Source of the DNA: a virus
Lineage: Duplodnaviria > Caudoviricetes
Reading direction: 5' to 3' (one strand)
Virus record (IMG/VR): IMGVR_UViG_2974637922_000001
Coordinates: 64,001 to 128,000 of that record
Length of the DNA stretch: 64,000 bases
Both the position numbers and the translations under genes were made by a program. The notes under the pieces are model-generated. The model saw only the letters and a program-made list of their open reading frames with translations. It made no database searches and was not told where the DNA came from. This document shows, one piece after another, positions 12,601-21,989 of the stretch (position 1 is its first letter; each line of letters opens with the position of its first letter).

Positions 12601-15600
12601 TTACTCCGAAGAAGACTTCAGTAAAGGTGTTCCTATGTTGGCTGGTGGAACTCTCCGTGCCTCGGACACCCTAGATTTTAGACCCAGAGTCGCCGCCTTT
12701 ACCTCACTCAACTCCTCACCATTTAACTACACTTCTCGTGACTTTGGTGACAATGGTAATACTGTTATCCTAGTTACCAAACCAAGTGAAAGTATGGTTC
12801 TAGGTTATAGTTACTTTGTTGGAAGAAGGGATCGTATTGTACTAGGATCTAATGGAAAATTCAGTGTAATTGAAGGTACACCCGCTGAGTTCCCAACATT
12901 ACCCACAATTGGTGATGGTGTAATGGAACTCGCCCAAATAACTTATCCACCATACCTATACTACATCGAAGACGTTCAAATTATCGAGGTTGATAATAGA
13001 CGATATACGATGAGAGATATTGGTAAGTTGGAAGATCGTATTGAGAACTTAGAAGAAGTTACGTCACTTTCACTACTAGAAAGGGAAACAGAATCACTAC
13101 AAGTTTTGGATGAAGATGGTAACGACAGATTTAAATCTGGTTTCTTTGCCGATGATTTCACGAATGCAGAATTTATTGATAATGATTATGAAGATACCAA
13201 CATTGATGTTGAACCTGCAACTTCTTCCCTAGTCACTAGACAGTTATTTTCCACCATTCCATTAAGAGCTCAACTATCAGAAAGTATTGATGAGAACATA
13301 GTTGATTTGAGTGATAACTTACCTCTAGTAGATACTAATCTACAAAAGACTGGTGATATAGTTACCCTATCATATGTTGAAGTTCCTTGGATTACACAAC
13401 CACTATCTTCGAGAACAGAAAATGTTAACCCATTCAATGTTATTCTATTCAATGGTAGTATTACATTAAACCCAGCTTCTGATGATTTTGTTATTACTAG
13501 ACAGATTCCAGGCAATACTCAAACTATTGATGTATTTGGTGATGGAAACAGTTCTAATTTCGATCAGACGTTTGTTGAGAGTGTAGAAACTGCTCAGTGG
13601 ATGAGATCACGTAACATTGCTTTCCACGGTCGTGGAATCAAACCCTTCACTCAGTTCTATGCGTTCTTTGACGGAACTTCTGGTATTGATATTATCCCCA
13701 AACTTATTGAAATCACCATGACTAACGGTGCTTTCTCCGTTGGGGAGAGGGTTGTTGGTACTACTGGAGGTAGAAGAATCTTTGCAGCTAGAGTAGCTAC
13801 ACCTAATCATAAGGAAGGTACTTTCAATAGTCCAGATAGAACTTTTGAGACAAATCCATATAATAGGGACGCTCAGTTGGCGTCTTCATACTCAGCCTCG
13901 TCTACAATTCTCAATATTGATACCAACTCACTAGCAGATATCACTGACTCACGTTTCTTTGGTTATATCACACCAGGAACTAGATTAGTTGGTCAGTCTA
14001 GTGGAGCTATTGCTGATGTTACAGAAGTAAAATTAATCGCTGATACATTTGCTGAACTATATGGTGCTATTTGGTTGAGGGATCCATACGCATCCCCAAC
14101 ACCATCATTCAGACTTGCTACCGGTGTTCGTACACTAAAACTAACCTCTAGTACAACTAACGCACAATCTACACTTGGTGGAACAACGATCTCCTTTGCA
14201 GAGTCTAACTTCCAATCTAGTGGTTTGGTTCAGAACAGGCAGACTGATACTACTGTGGTAACAGTTAGACCCCTACCACCACCACCCCCACCAATTATTA
14301 TTGACCAAACAGTTACTATTGTCAATAACAATACGACAGTTATCGATAATACTGTTACTCAAAATATCGATAATACTCAAACTATTATCCGAGAAGTGGA
14401 AGTTGACGATGACGACCCATTGGCACAGACCTTTATGGTTGATGAGACCGGTGCGTTCCTAACCAGTATTGATCTGTTTATGGCTACTAAGTCTGAAACA
14501 GATAACTTAATTGTTCAGGTTAGAACTACTGAGTTGGCAACTCCAACCAACCTTCTTATTCAAGATTTTGCTGAGGTTGTTCTATCACCTGATCAAGTTA
14601 ATGTATCAGAAGATGGGACTGCGGTAACTAAAGTTACTTTCCCCTCTCCCATATATCTTGAGTCAGGTATAACATATGCCGTTGTACTACTTGCCCCAAC
14701 TACTGACGAATACACTTCGTTTATTGCTGTTATGGGTGAGGAGAATCTCTCTGGTGAGATTGATCCTAACTTAGATCTAAACGCAACACTTCCAGAAGGA
14801 TCTACTCAAAGTAACTCCAATCTCCCAGGAACTGCTATTATTTCCCAGCAGTATCTCGGTGGATCACTCTTTAAGTCTCAGAATGGTACTATCTGGACAC
14901 CAACTCAGTTTGAGGATCTTAAGTTCACTCTCAACAAAGCACAGTTTAACCAGACTCCAGGAACTCTATTCCTCAACAATCCACCACTAACTGAGACCGG
15001 AATTCTACCACCTGATCCAATTGAAACACTACCTAGAAAACTCAAGGTATCTGTAAGTTCTAATACTTACAACTTCAGTGAAGGTGATATCATTTCTTCT
15101 GTTGGTTCAGGTGCTACCAATACCGCGTTGGTAACTGGTGACCTAGAGACCCTAGGTGGTCCACTAGCAACACTCGATGTAACTGACCCTGGTGTTGGTT
15201 TCATTGATGGTTCCTACAGTAGTGTAACTGTATATCCAATTACCAGTTCTGGTTCAGGTGCTGAACTCAATGTTACCATTTCTGGTAATGTAATTACAGC
15301 AGCAACAGTAACTACTGGTGGTTCTGGTTATAGAGTTGGAGATACCATTGGTATTACAACCGCTGATGTTGGTGCCGCTGGTGGTGACTCTGTATTGACT
15401 CTCGATACCATTGGTGATACAGATACACTATTCCTCACTAACGTACAAGGTGAGAAGATGGTTATAACAGAGAGTATTAAGGTATACGATACTGTTACTG
15501 AATCCCTAAGGACAACTGGTGTAGATATTACAACAGAATCTGAAGTTCTCAATCCAATGTATAATGGTAGTATCTTTGTTGCTAACATACCCAATCATGG

Positions 15601-16891
15601 TATGGAAGCAGACAACAATGTGGTTAGTATCACAGATATCCAACCAGATACAATTGGTACCCCACTAACACAGAGAGTTGATGTTTCCTCTAGTAGTTTG
15701 ACAATTCAGGACTCTTCCTCATTCTCCACCTTTGAGGGTATTACTACCAGTATTGGTTATGCTCTAGTTGGTGGTGAGATTATTGAATACTCCAACAGTG
15801 GTAGTGGTACTATTGGTATTACTTCTAGAGGTGTAGATAATAGTATTATTTCTACTCATAACGCTGGTGAGAGAGTATTCAAGTATGAACTCAGTGGTGT
15901 ATCACTAAGGCGTATCAATAGGGAACATTTGATTCCTAATGATAGTCTCTTAGGTAATACTAGAGAGATTAATAACTTACCCATACAGATTAGTAGAAGT
16001 CCAAGAGTATCTGGTAGAGATCAATTGAGCTTCAATCAGGAACAGACCGCAGGTGGAGCATTTGGTAGATCCTCTCAAAACTATGAGTATACTAGAATCC
16101 TACCCAATCTAGCAGCCTTTGGTTTCGGTGATTCTACTAGTATTAGATCCGTAGCAAGAACCATATCAGGTACAAGTGCTGGTGGTTCTGAAGTATCTTT
16201 CCTAGATCAGGGAAGTATACCTGTGAATCTAAACACCTGGAACACTTTCCCCAGTGTGAGAATGGTTGCTTCTCAGGTCAATGAGATTGAATATCTACAA
16301 GATCTTCCTAGACAGAAGTCGTTTACACTAGGGTTGACACTAACCAGTACAGATCCCAACCTCTCTCCAGTAGTTGATCTTCAACAGGTTAGTTTGATTA
16401 CCTCTAGAAACTCCCTAAACAAACCAATCACCAACTACGCAGATGATTCAAGAGTTAACTTACTAGTAGGTGATCCTCACGCTTCTATCTATGTTTCACA
16501 GGTGATCAACTTAGAAACACCAGCTACCTCACTTGAGGTCATCATTAGTGCTTATCGTGATGTATCAGCTGACTTCCGTGTTCTCTATAGGTTGTATGGT
16601 CCCAACTCCAATAACTCCACAGAACCAACTTGGGAGTTATTCCCTGGTTACACCAACATGCTAGATACTACTGGTGATGGTGTTGGTAATAGAATTATTG
16701 ATCCTTCCAAGAACAATGGTTTACCAAATGCAAGAGTTAGGGATAGTAACATTGGTGAAGTTCTAGAGTATGGTTACCACGTAGATGAGTTATCTGAGTT
16801 TTCTGGTTTCCAACTTAAGATTGTCTTTAGTGGAACCAATGAAGCAAGACCACCACTATTTACCGATATTAGAGCAATCGCGTTGGCTTAA
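9671..16891 (+). CDS. Large virion structural protein, VrlC-like (DUF4815-type)
   Basis: 'PYFDDFD..KDYYKVLFKPG.PVQARELTTLQSILQNQ' N-terminus, 'RYTMRDIGKLE.RI.NLE', 'DPLAQTF', 'GSLFKSQNG.IW', C-term 'DIRAIALA'; position after gp8. Confidence 0.8.
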   Translation: MSQINLDTSPYFDDFDPSKDYYKVLFKPGFPVQARELTTLQSILQNQVSNFGKHLFKEGSMVIPGSITYNAKYESIVINKQQGGIDVSLYASRLVGKTIQGKTSGVTAKVINFLLPPNNGVTSPTIFVSYINSGSDAATTVFDNNEELISTSDIVYGNTTITAGTTFASTISTLSTAVGSAAQIRDGIYFIRGFFAQVRESVVILEPFSNTPSYRVGLQITEQVITAGQDNSLYDNAKGFNNFSAPGADRLKISTKLIKKPLDDYNDTNFVELLRVDNGEVKKIAENSDYNIIKDYLAQRTYEESGDYTLFGMGIKVAESLSDNLGNGGVYQFDQKTEQGGTPTDDLAVVKVSAGKAYVRGYDINNPGTVNLDINKPRTTENVEASSVPFEMGSKFFINNVTGTPVIGLDVNDNIVELYNGRVDGAGSSTGDLIGESRVYSYSLEDAPYTGPSTPWNLYLYDTQIFTKLTLNVDATGNILTSYKVRGLSSNATGYVRSVSTTEVVLTQVSGEFIRNEAISVNGKISSSLSVSLVDSYRNNDVRSISQASSSLDPNIEVDFSADTLQYSAIPTGFTASDSVTITTGGVVTCPGRIFDAFRVGDVIGYQKAGSEVITYNQVLSLNATNTSITVDAVANVAGVCDGTLPSSETRSGIRLYNSRLLNQEISQLYATLEERNISSVDLASSSLTFAKQINNLSTDASGVLTVNVSDLDVSGAVFEAFDQERYSIHYSNGTTQSLSSSQVTITSSTAEFTNLLPSQTTNVTLNCTAIKTGIKSKTKVLLRSQLLEVTKASSGISTVAQGLGQNDYYGLRVDDEEISLNVSDVTNIVAVYESLDDGTPTFDVLGFVNGLELDTRVAVGEQIKGDVSGAIARVVTVATPASVNIVYLTESTFEVGELVTFMESKIETNLQSITEGNYSNITNRFTLDKGQREQFYDYSRLVRNKNAKAPNKRILIIYDRFAVPVNDKGDFYTANSYSEEDFSKGVPMLAGGTLRASDTLDFRPRVAAFTSLNSSPFNYTSRDFGDNGNTVILVTKPSESMVLGYSYFVGRRDRIVLGSNGKFSVIEGTPAEFPTLPTIGDGVMELAQITYPPYLYYIEDVQIIEVDNRRYTMRDIGKLEDRIENLEEVTSLSLLERETESLQVLDEDGNDRFKSGFFADDFTNAEFIDNDYEDTNIDVEPATSSLVTRQLFSTIPLRAQLSESIDENIVDLSDNLPLVDTNLQKTGDIVTLSYVEVPWITQPLSSRTENVNPFNVILFNGSITLNPASDDFVITRQIPGNTQTIDVFGDGNSSNFDQTFVESVETAQWMRSRNIAFHGRGIKPFTQFYAFFDGTSGIDIIPKLIEITMTNGAFSVGERVVGTTGGRRIFAARVATPNHKEGTFNSPDRTFETNPYNRDAQLASSYSASSTILNIDTNSLADITDSRFFGYITPGTRLVGQSSGAIADVTEVKLIADTFAELYGAIWLRDPYASPTPSFRLATGVRTLKLTSSTTNAQSTLGGTTISFAESNFQSSGLVQNRQTDTTVVTVRPLPPPPPPIIIDQTVTIVNNNTTVIDNTVTQNIDNTQTIIREVEVDDDDPLAQTFMVDETGAFLTSIDLFMATKSETDNLIVQVRTTELATPTNLLIQDFAEVVLSPDQVNVSEDGTAVTKVTFPSPIYLESGITYAVVLLAPTTDEYTSFIAVMGEENLSGEIDPNLDLNATLPEGSTQSNSNLPGTAIISQQYLGGSLFKSQNGTIWTPTQFEDLKFTLNKAQFNQTPGTLFLNNPPLTETGILPPDPIETLPRKLKVSVSSNTYNFSEGDIISSVGSGATNTALVTGDLETLGGPLATLDVTDPGVGFIDGSYSSVTVYPITSSGSGAELNVTISGNVITAATVTTGGSGYRVGDTIGITTADVGAAGGDSVLTLDTIGDTDTLFLTNVQGEKMVITESIKVYDTVTESLRTTGVDITTESEVLNPMYNGSIFVANIPNHGMEADNNVVSITDIQPDTIGTPLTQRVDVSSSSLTIQDSSSFSTFEGITTSIGYALVGGEIIEYSNSGSGTIGITSRGVDNSIISTHNAGERVFKYELSGVSLRRINREHLIPNDSLLGNTREINNLPIQISRSPRVSGRDQLSFNQEQTAGGAFGRSSQNYEYTRILPNLAAFGFGDSTSIRSVARTISGTSAGGSEVSFLDQGSIPVNLNTWNTFPSVRMVASQVNEIEYLQDLPRQKSFTLGLTLTSTDPNLSPVVDLQQVSLITSRNSLNKPITNYADDSRVNLLVGDPHASIYVSQVINLETPATSLEVIISAYRDVSADFRVLYRLYGPNSNNSTEPTWELFPGYTNMLDTTGDGVGNRIIDPSKNNGLPNARVRDSNIGEVLEYGYHVDELSEFSGFQLKIVFSGTNEARPPLFTDIRAIALA

Positions 16892-17115
16892 TGGGAAAGA
16901 AAAGGGTACAGGGTTACAATAACCTTTATCGTAACGAATCCGGTGCTATCGTTAATACCGATACCACTGGTTATGTTGCATACAAAAAGAAAAGAGATTC
17001 CTCCAAACTGAAACAGGATCAAATTGAATCCTTAGGAACTCAGTTAGAGGAAGCAAAGAATGAGATCAATGAGCTCAAGGATCTGGTCAAACAGATGATT
17101 AATAAGAACGTCTAA
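16891..17115 (+). CDS. Small conserved coiled-coil protein
   Basis: 74 aa; 'LYR..SGAIVNTD...Y..Y' followed by a heptad coiled coil; TAATG overlap with the upstream gene. Confidence 0.7.
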   Translation: MGKKRVQGYNNLYRNESGAIVNTDTTGYVAYKKKRDSSKLKQDQIESLGTQLEEAKNEINELKDLVKQMINKNV

Positions 17116-17142
17116 ATATTAGAGTAATACTAGCTAATTCTC

Positions 17143-17676
17143 ATGGCAAGTGCCTACGTATCAAATATAACTATTGATCAGGGTGCTGACTTTTCTGCTT
17201 ATTTCACATTAGATGATGCTGGAACCTCGGTTCCTATCAATCTAACTAGATTTACTGCATATGGGCAACTTAGGAAACATCCTACTGCCCCTTTTGGTGT
17301 GCAGTTTGATATTAAGATCGCTAAGCCAAAAACTGGCGAGATTATTATCTCATTGAACTCAGCACAGACCTCCGCTTTAGATGAGGGTCGTTATGTATAT
17401 GATGTATATCTCAGAAGCACCACGAACGCTAAAGTGTATCGTGTTGTGGAGGGAATGGCACTAGTTAACCCCGGTGTAACCGACATGCAAACTGGAATTA
17501 TCCCACCATCATACCCACCCGTCGCTATCGGACCAACTCCACCCGCAGATCCCATCGAAGGGAATCTCTGGTGGAACTCTGAAGATGGGCGTATGTATAT
17601 CTACTATATTGATAAAGACTCAGCACAGTGGGTACAGACCAATCCAAGTAGTAAAGACACAGAGAGGACTAACTGA
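17143..17676 (+). CDS. Putative virion structural protein with a C-terminal tail-fibre-type module
   Basis: 'NITIDQGADFS', 'GRYVYDV', 'RVVEG', plus a 'G.LWWNS.DGRMYIYY.D.DS.QWV' module; CTAAATA late-type box at 17112-17118. Confidence 0.6.
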   Translation: MASAYVSNITIDQGADFSAYFTLDDAGTSVPINLTRFTAYGQLRKHPTAPFGVQFDIKIAKPKTGEIIISLNSAQTSALDEGRYVYDVYLRSTTNAKVYRVVEGMALVNPGVTDMQTGIIPPSYPPVAIGPTPPADPIEGNLWWNSEDGRMYIYYIDKDSAQWVQTNPSSKDTERTN

Positions 17677-17933
17677 TGGCAAACTTACTCGATCAAATCG
17701 GTCAGAGAAATGTTGTTAGGGTAGTATCCCAAGGTGTCCCAGCAACATTATCTGGACTTTCAGATACAGACTTTAGTGGTATTGGTACTGGAATGGTACC
17801 AGTATGGGATGGTGATGCTTTCACACCAATAGTAGGAGGTGCCAACCAAAGTGTCTCCAATATCATTCTAACGACAAACCCAGTCACACACGCAACTGCA
17901 TGGACTGATACTATTGATGGTGGATTCTTCTAA
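17676..17933 (+). CDS. Small hypothetical virion protein
   Basis: 85 aa; 'L..LSD.D' motif and C-terminal 'IDGGFF'; coupled to its neighbours. Confidence 0.6.
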   Translation: MANLLDQIGQRNVVRVVSQGVPATLSGLSDTDFSGIGTGMVPVWDGDAFTPIVGGANQSVSNIILTTNPVTHATAWTDTIDGGFF

Positions 17934-18826
17934 TGGCAAAACCCCACACACGACAAGAACTTGTCAATTATGGATTGAGGCAGTTGGGCGCTCCAGTTCT
18001 AGAGATTAATATTGCAGATGAGCAAATTGATGATCTACTAGACGATACTATCCAACACTTCCAAGAAAGGCACTACGATGGTGTTGTTAGAACATATCTA
18101 AAGTATGAACTAACAAAAGAAGATATTGCACGCGGTGGTGACATCAATCCAATGGTGAATCCAGGTATCACTACAGTAGGACCAGTAACATATCCAAACC
18201 CACCCAAACAAGTAGAAGACAGGTACATAGAGAACTCCAATTGGATTCATCTACCTGATTATGTTATCGGTGTTGAGAAGGTCTATGTACCCCGAGAAGC
18301 GACTGGTGGTGTAGGTGGATATATAAACCTGATTGGTCCCGATGGGGGTCTTGGAGGAGGTTGTGGCGGTGGCGGACTCGGTGGTGGTGGTCTAGCCGGT
18401 ATGGGTTATCTTGGTGGTGGAGATATAATTTCATATTTTATGGCTAAGCAATGGATGGCAACATATGACTATATGTTCAACCCAGACGCTGCTATTCGGT
18501 TCAATAAGAGAATGGATCGTCTATATCTTGACATCAACTGGCGTCGCCTAACAGCAGGTGAGCTTATTGTTGTTGATTGCTACAGAGCACTTGATCCTGA
18601 ACAATTTGTAGAAGTCTACAATGATAGTTGGGTGAAGAAGTGGTTTACTGCTCTATTGAAAAAGCAATGGGGTCAGAACCTAATGAAGTTCAAAGGAACT
18701 AGACTTGCTGGTGGCATTGAGATGAATGGTAGAGAAATCTACGATGAAGGTGTCAAAGAACTTGAGATCATTAAGAATGATATGTCTAGTCATTATGAAC
18801 TTCCTCCATTGGATATGATTGGTTAA
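17933..18826 (+). CDS. g13: Neck protein gp13
   Basis: 'LRQLGAPVLEINIADEQIDD', 'KQWGQNLMKF.G..L.GG..MNG', C-term 'YELPPLDMIG'. Confidence 0.9.
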   Translation: MAKPHTRQELVNYGLRQLGAPVLEINIADEQIDDLLDDTIQHFQERHYDGVVRTYLKYELTKEDIARGGDINPMVNPGITTVGPVTYPNPPKQVEDRYIENSNWIHLPDYVIGVEKVYVPREATGGVGGYINLIGPDGGLGGGCGGGGLGGGGLAGMGYLGGGDIISYFMAKQWMATYDYMFNPDAAIRFNKRMDRLYLDINWRRLTAGELIVVDCYRALDPEQFVEVYNDSWVKKWFTALLKKQWGQNLMKFKGTRLAGGIEMNGREIYDEGVKELEIIKNDMSSHYELPPLDMIG

Positions 18827-18831
18827 GTAAA

Positions 18832-20310
18832 ATGGTTGTTAATCCCTTTTTCCTACATGGTTCCACTCAGGAACAAAACCTGATGCAGAATCTGGTCAAT
18901 GAACAGATTCAAATGTACGGGATCGATGTATATTACATCCCTCGTACATTTATTAGGGATGCGACCATCATGCGGGAGGTCACTTCCTCTGCATTTCGAT
19001 CATACTTTGTTCTAGAAGCATACCTAGAGAACTTTGATGGATATGGTGGTCAAGGAGACCTCATGTCCAAGTTTGGCATTCAAGTCAAAGATGAAGTTAC
19101 ACTTACCATCTCCAGGGATAGGTATGAGAACTATATTGCACCATTCCTGAACTCCAGGATGTTGTACTTAATGGACTCTCCCCAAGATGATGGTCAAATG
19201 ATGACCATCCAGAGACCCAAAGAAGGGGATCTAATCTACTTCCCATTGGGTAGAAGACTATTTGAAATTAAGTTTGTAGAGCATGAGAAACCCTTCTATC
19301 AGTTAGGTAAGGGATATGTTTATGAACTTCAGTGCGAACTATTTGAGTATGAAGATGAAGTCCTCGATACAAGTGTCGATGAGATCGATAGTACTCTACT
19401 TAATAAGGGTTATATTACAACTATTAACCTTGTCCCCGTTAGTAACAGAGCTGTTGTTACACCCAAAACTGGCACTGGATACATCACAGAACTAACTATC
19501 TTCAATGAGGGTAGTGGATATAAGTCACCACCTAGTATTGTTATTGATCCACCACAACTGGGAACAGATCCTAGTGTTGTTGCACTACTCACTAGACCAG
19601 ATTCTAGTACCCCTGAACCTGCCATCAAACAGGTTGTAGTATTTAATAGTGGTTCTGGATATGTGGAACCACCTAGTGTTATTGCAGTTGGTGGTGAAGG
19701 AGAGGGTTCTATTATTAGAGCAGGTATCAATAGCCTATCTGATGGTATTATTGATTTTGTTGTATCTGAGAAGGGTGCTGGTTATCCAGAAGATGTGGAT
19801 ATCATTGTATATGATGATGACAATAATATTGTGGCACAGGGTAAAGGGCTATCTGATGGTGATCAGATTGTATCTGCTATTATCACAAACCCAGGAAAAG
19901 ACCTACCATCCAGTGTGAGGGCTATTGTGGCAAAACCAGCAGATGAGGGTGATGGTATCTTTGTATACAATGAGATTGTAGTGGGACAACAGTCCGGTAT
20001 GAGAGCGAGAGTTCGTGGATGGGATCAACCCAATTACCAACTACATATCACTAACTTAGATCCCACTCAGAAGTCTATTAACTTCCAAGCAGGTGAGACT
20101 ATTGTTGGTGAAACCAGTGGTGCCAAGTATTCTCTCAAGAACTTTGTGGATACACAATCCAAAGCAGACTTCTACTCCGATAACGATAATATTGGAAATG
20201 AGGGTGAGGAGATTGTGAATACTGATGACGAATATAACCAGTTCTTTGATACTAATAGAAACTACTTTAACCCTGATTTCAGTAACAACGATCCCTTCGG
20301 TGAACAGTAA
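18832..20310 (+). CDS. g14: Neck protein gp14
   Basis: 'EQIQMYGIDVYYIPR', 'RPKEGDLIYFP', 'FEIKFVEHEKPFYQLGK.YVYEL.CELFEY'; central beta-repeat insertion. Confidence 0.9.
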   Translation: MVVNPFFLHGSTQEQNLMQNLVNEQIQMYGIDVYYIPRTFIRDATIMREVTSSAFRSYFVLEAYLENFDGYGGQGDLMSKFGIQVKDEVTLTISRDRYENYIAPFLNSRMLYLMDSPQDDGQMMTIQRPKEGDLIYFPLGRRLFEIKFVEHEKPFYQLGKGYVYELQCELFEYEDEVLDTSVDEIDSTLLNKGYITTINLVPVSNRAVVTPKTGTGYITELTIFNEGSGYKSPPSIVIDPPQLGTDPSVVALLTRPDSSTPEPAIKQVVVFNSGSGYVEPPSVIAVGGEGEGSIIRAGINSLSDGIIDFVVSEKGAGYPEDVDIIVYDDDNNIVAQGKGLSDGDQIVSAIITNPGKDLPSSVRAIVAKPADEGDGIFVYNEIVVGQQSGMRARVRGWDQPNYQLHITNLDPTQKSINFQAGETIVGETSGAKYSLKNFVDTQSKADFYSDNDNIGNEGEEIVNTDDEYNQFFDTNRNYFNPDFSNNDPFGEQ

Positions 20311-20345
20311 CTAAATAACTTATCTAGTTATTATCATTAATACCC

Positions 20346-21146
20346 GTGGGTGAATATTTTTATCATGAGATCATCAAGAGAACTGTTGTCGGTTTCGGCA
20401 ATCTCTTCAATGGTCTTACTATCCAAAAGGTAGACAAGAAGCAAAACGTCATTAACGTGATGAAGGTGCCTCTTGCATATGGTCCTACCCAGAAGTTTCT
20501 GGCAAAGATTACTCAGCAGGGTGAGTTAAACCAACCTACTGAGATTACTTTACCACGTATGTCTTTTGAGATGAACTCTCTTGCATATGACGGATCGCGG
20601 AAGACCGCACCCACTCAGATGTTTAAGACACTAGATAACGGGGAGACACTTAAAAAGGTTTATCTTCCAGTTCCATATAATATTGGTTTTGAACTTAATA
20701 TTATGACCAAGTTGAATGAGGATGCTCTACAACTTGTCGAACAAATTCTTCCATATTTCCAACCTTCCTTTAATATTACTGTCGATCTAGTTGATCAGAT
20801 TGGTGAGAAGAGAGATATCCCTGTGGTACTCGACTCCATCAACTTCACTGACGACTATGAAGGAGACTTCACAGGTAGACGTATTCTAATCTATACTCTA
20901 TCATTCACTGCCAAATCCTACATGTTTGGACCTGTCAGTGAATCTGGGGATGGTCTTATTCGTAAGGTTCAGGTTGATTATCATACTTCAACCGAGAGGG
21001 ATTCACCTCGTGAGGTTCGTTACACAGCCACACCAGACCCAGTTGATGCCGAACCCACTGATGACTTTGGGTTTAGTGAAGAAACTGTAGTATACTTTGA
21101 TTCTAAAGTATACAGTCCAACTCAAGGTGAGGATTACACTCCATGA
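20346..21146 (+). CDS. g15: Tail sheath stabiliser/terminator gp15
   Basis: 'YFYHEII', 'VPLAYGP.QKFL', 'LPRMSFE', 'EQILPYFQP'. Confidence 0.9.
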   Translation: MGEYFYHEIIKRTVVGFGNLFNGLTIQKVDKKQNVINVMKVPLAYGPTQKFLAKITQQGELNQPTEITLPRMSFEMNSLAYDGSRKTAPTQMFKTLDNGETLKKVYLPVPYNIGFELNIMTKLNEDALQLVEQILPYFQPSFNITVDLVDQIGEKRDIPVVLDSINFTDDYEGDFTGRRILIYTLSFTAKSYMFGPVSESGDGLIRKVQVDYHTSTERDSPREVRYTATPDPVDAEPTDDFGFSEETVVYFDSKVYSPTQGEDYTP

Positions 21147-21568
21147 GCTTTGAATCAATAGATGATGCACTGGATATTGAATCCAGTATTGTGAAAAAAG
21201 AAGAAGAGGTGGAGGTTACTCCTACCAATTCTAAAGAGAAACCATCTACTCCCCAAACTGAACAAGATTACAACTATAGTAGGGGACAACTCTATTCTCT
21301 CATTGAGAAGGGACAAGAGGCGGTTAACAACGCATTAGAACTCGCCAACGAAGGTTCTAGTGCTAGATCATATGAGGTTGTTGGTGGTCTTATTAAGAAT
21401 GTCGCAGACGTTACTGATAAACTACTAGATCTCCAAAAGAAGGTTAAGGATCTGGATGAAATTTCAGTTACTAATAACCAAACCAATGTAACCAACAATT
21501 CGGTATTCGTCGGATCAACTACTGAACTCCAGAAGATGTTGAAAGAAGGATTGTTGAATAACGATTAA
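21143..21568 (+). CDS. g16: Terminase small subunit gp16
   Basis: 'DY.YSRGQLYSLIEKGQEA', 'RSYEV', 'FVGSTTELQKMLK'. Confidence 0.9.
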   Translation: MSFESIDDALDIESSIVKKEEEVEVTPTNSKEKPSTPQTEQDYNYSRGQLYSLIEKGQEAVNNALELANEGSSARSYEVVGGLIKNVADVTDKLLDLQKKVKDLDEISVTNNQTNVTNNSVFVGSTTELQKMLKEGLLNND

Positions 21569-21573
21569 CTACT

Positions 21574-21987
21574 ATGGCTTACGAAGAAGAAAATCAGTGT
21601 AACTCTACACCTGAGGGTGAAGATTGCCCTAAGCACAAGAAGAAGTGCTGCAATTCTGAGGAAAAGAAACGCAAAAAGGGGATGTACGGTCTCCAGGATG
21701 AGGATAGTGAAGGCGATGAGTCCTCACAAGAGAATGGTGGCATGCCTCAGGATAGTGCCAATGAGGAAAGACAACTTAACCCAGACACTGACCTGAAGGA
21801 CATGTCCAGTGATAGTAAGAAGAGGGCTATGGATTCTTTCCGTGAAAGAAGTTCTGAAGCTAAGAAAAGAAAATCAGATAAAGATAAGAAGGATGAATTG
21901 GCAACTGAACGCATGACAAAGGGCATAAGGTTCTTTGACAAACAGGGTTCAGGTTATATTAAAAAAGGTAAAAAGAGTTACGACTAA
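21574..21987 (+). CDS. Hypothetical charged protein with an N-terminal Cys/His cluster
   Basis: 137 aa; 'CNSTPEGEDCPKH...CC'; Lys/Glu-rich. Confidence 0.6.
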   Translation: MAYEEENQCNSTPEGEDCPKHKKKCCNSEEKKRKKGMYGLQDEDSEGDESSQENGGMPQDSANEERQLNPDTDLKDMSSDSKKRAMDSFRERSSEAKKRKSDKDKKDELATERMTKGIRFFDKQGSGYIKKGKKSYD

Positions 21988-21989
21988 CC

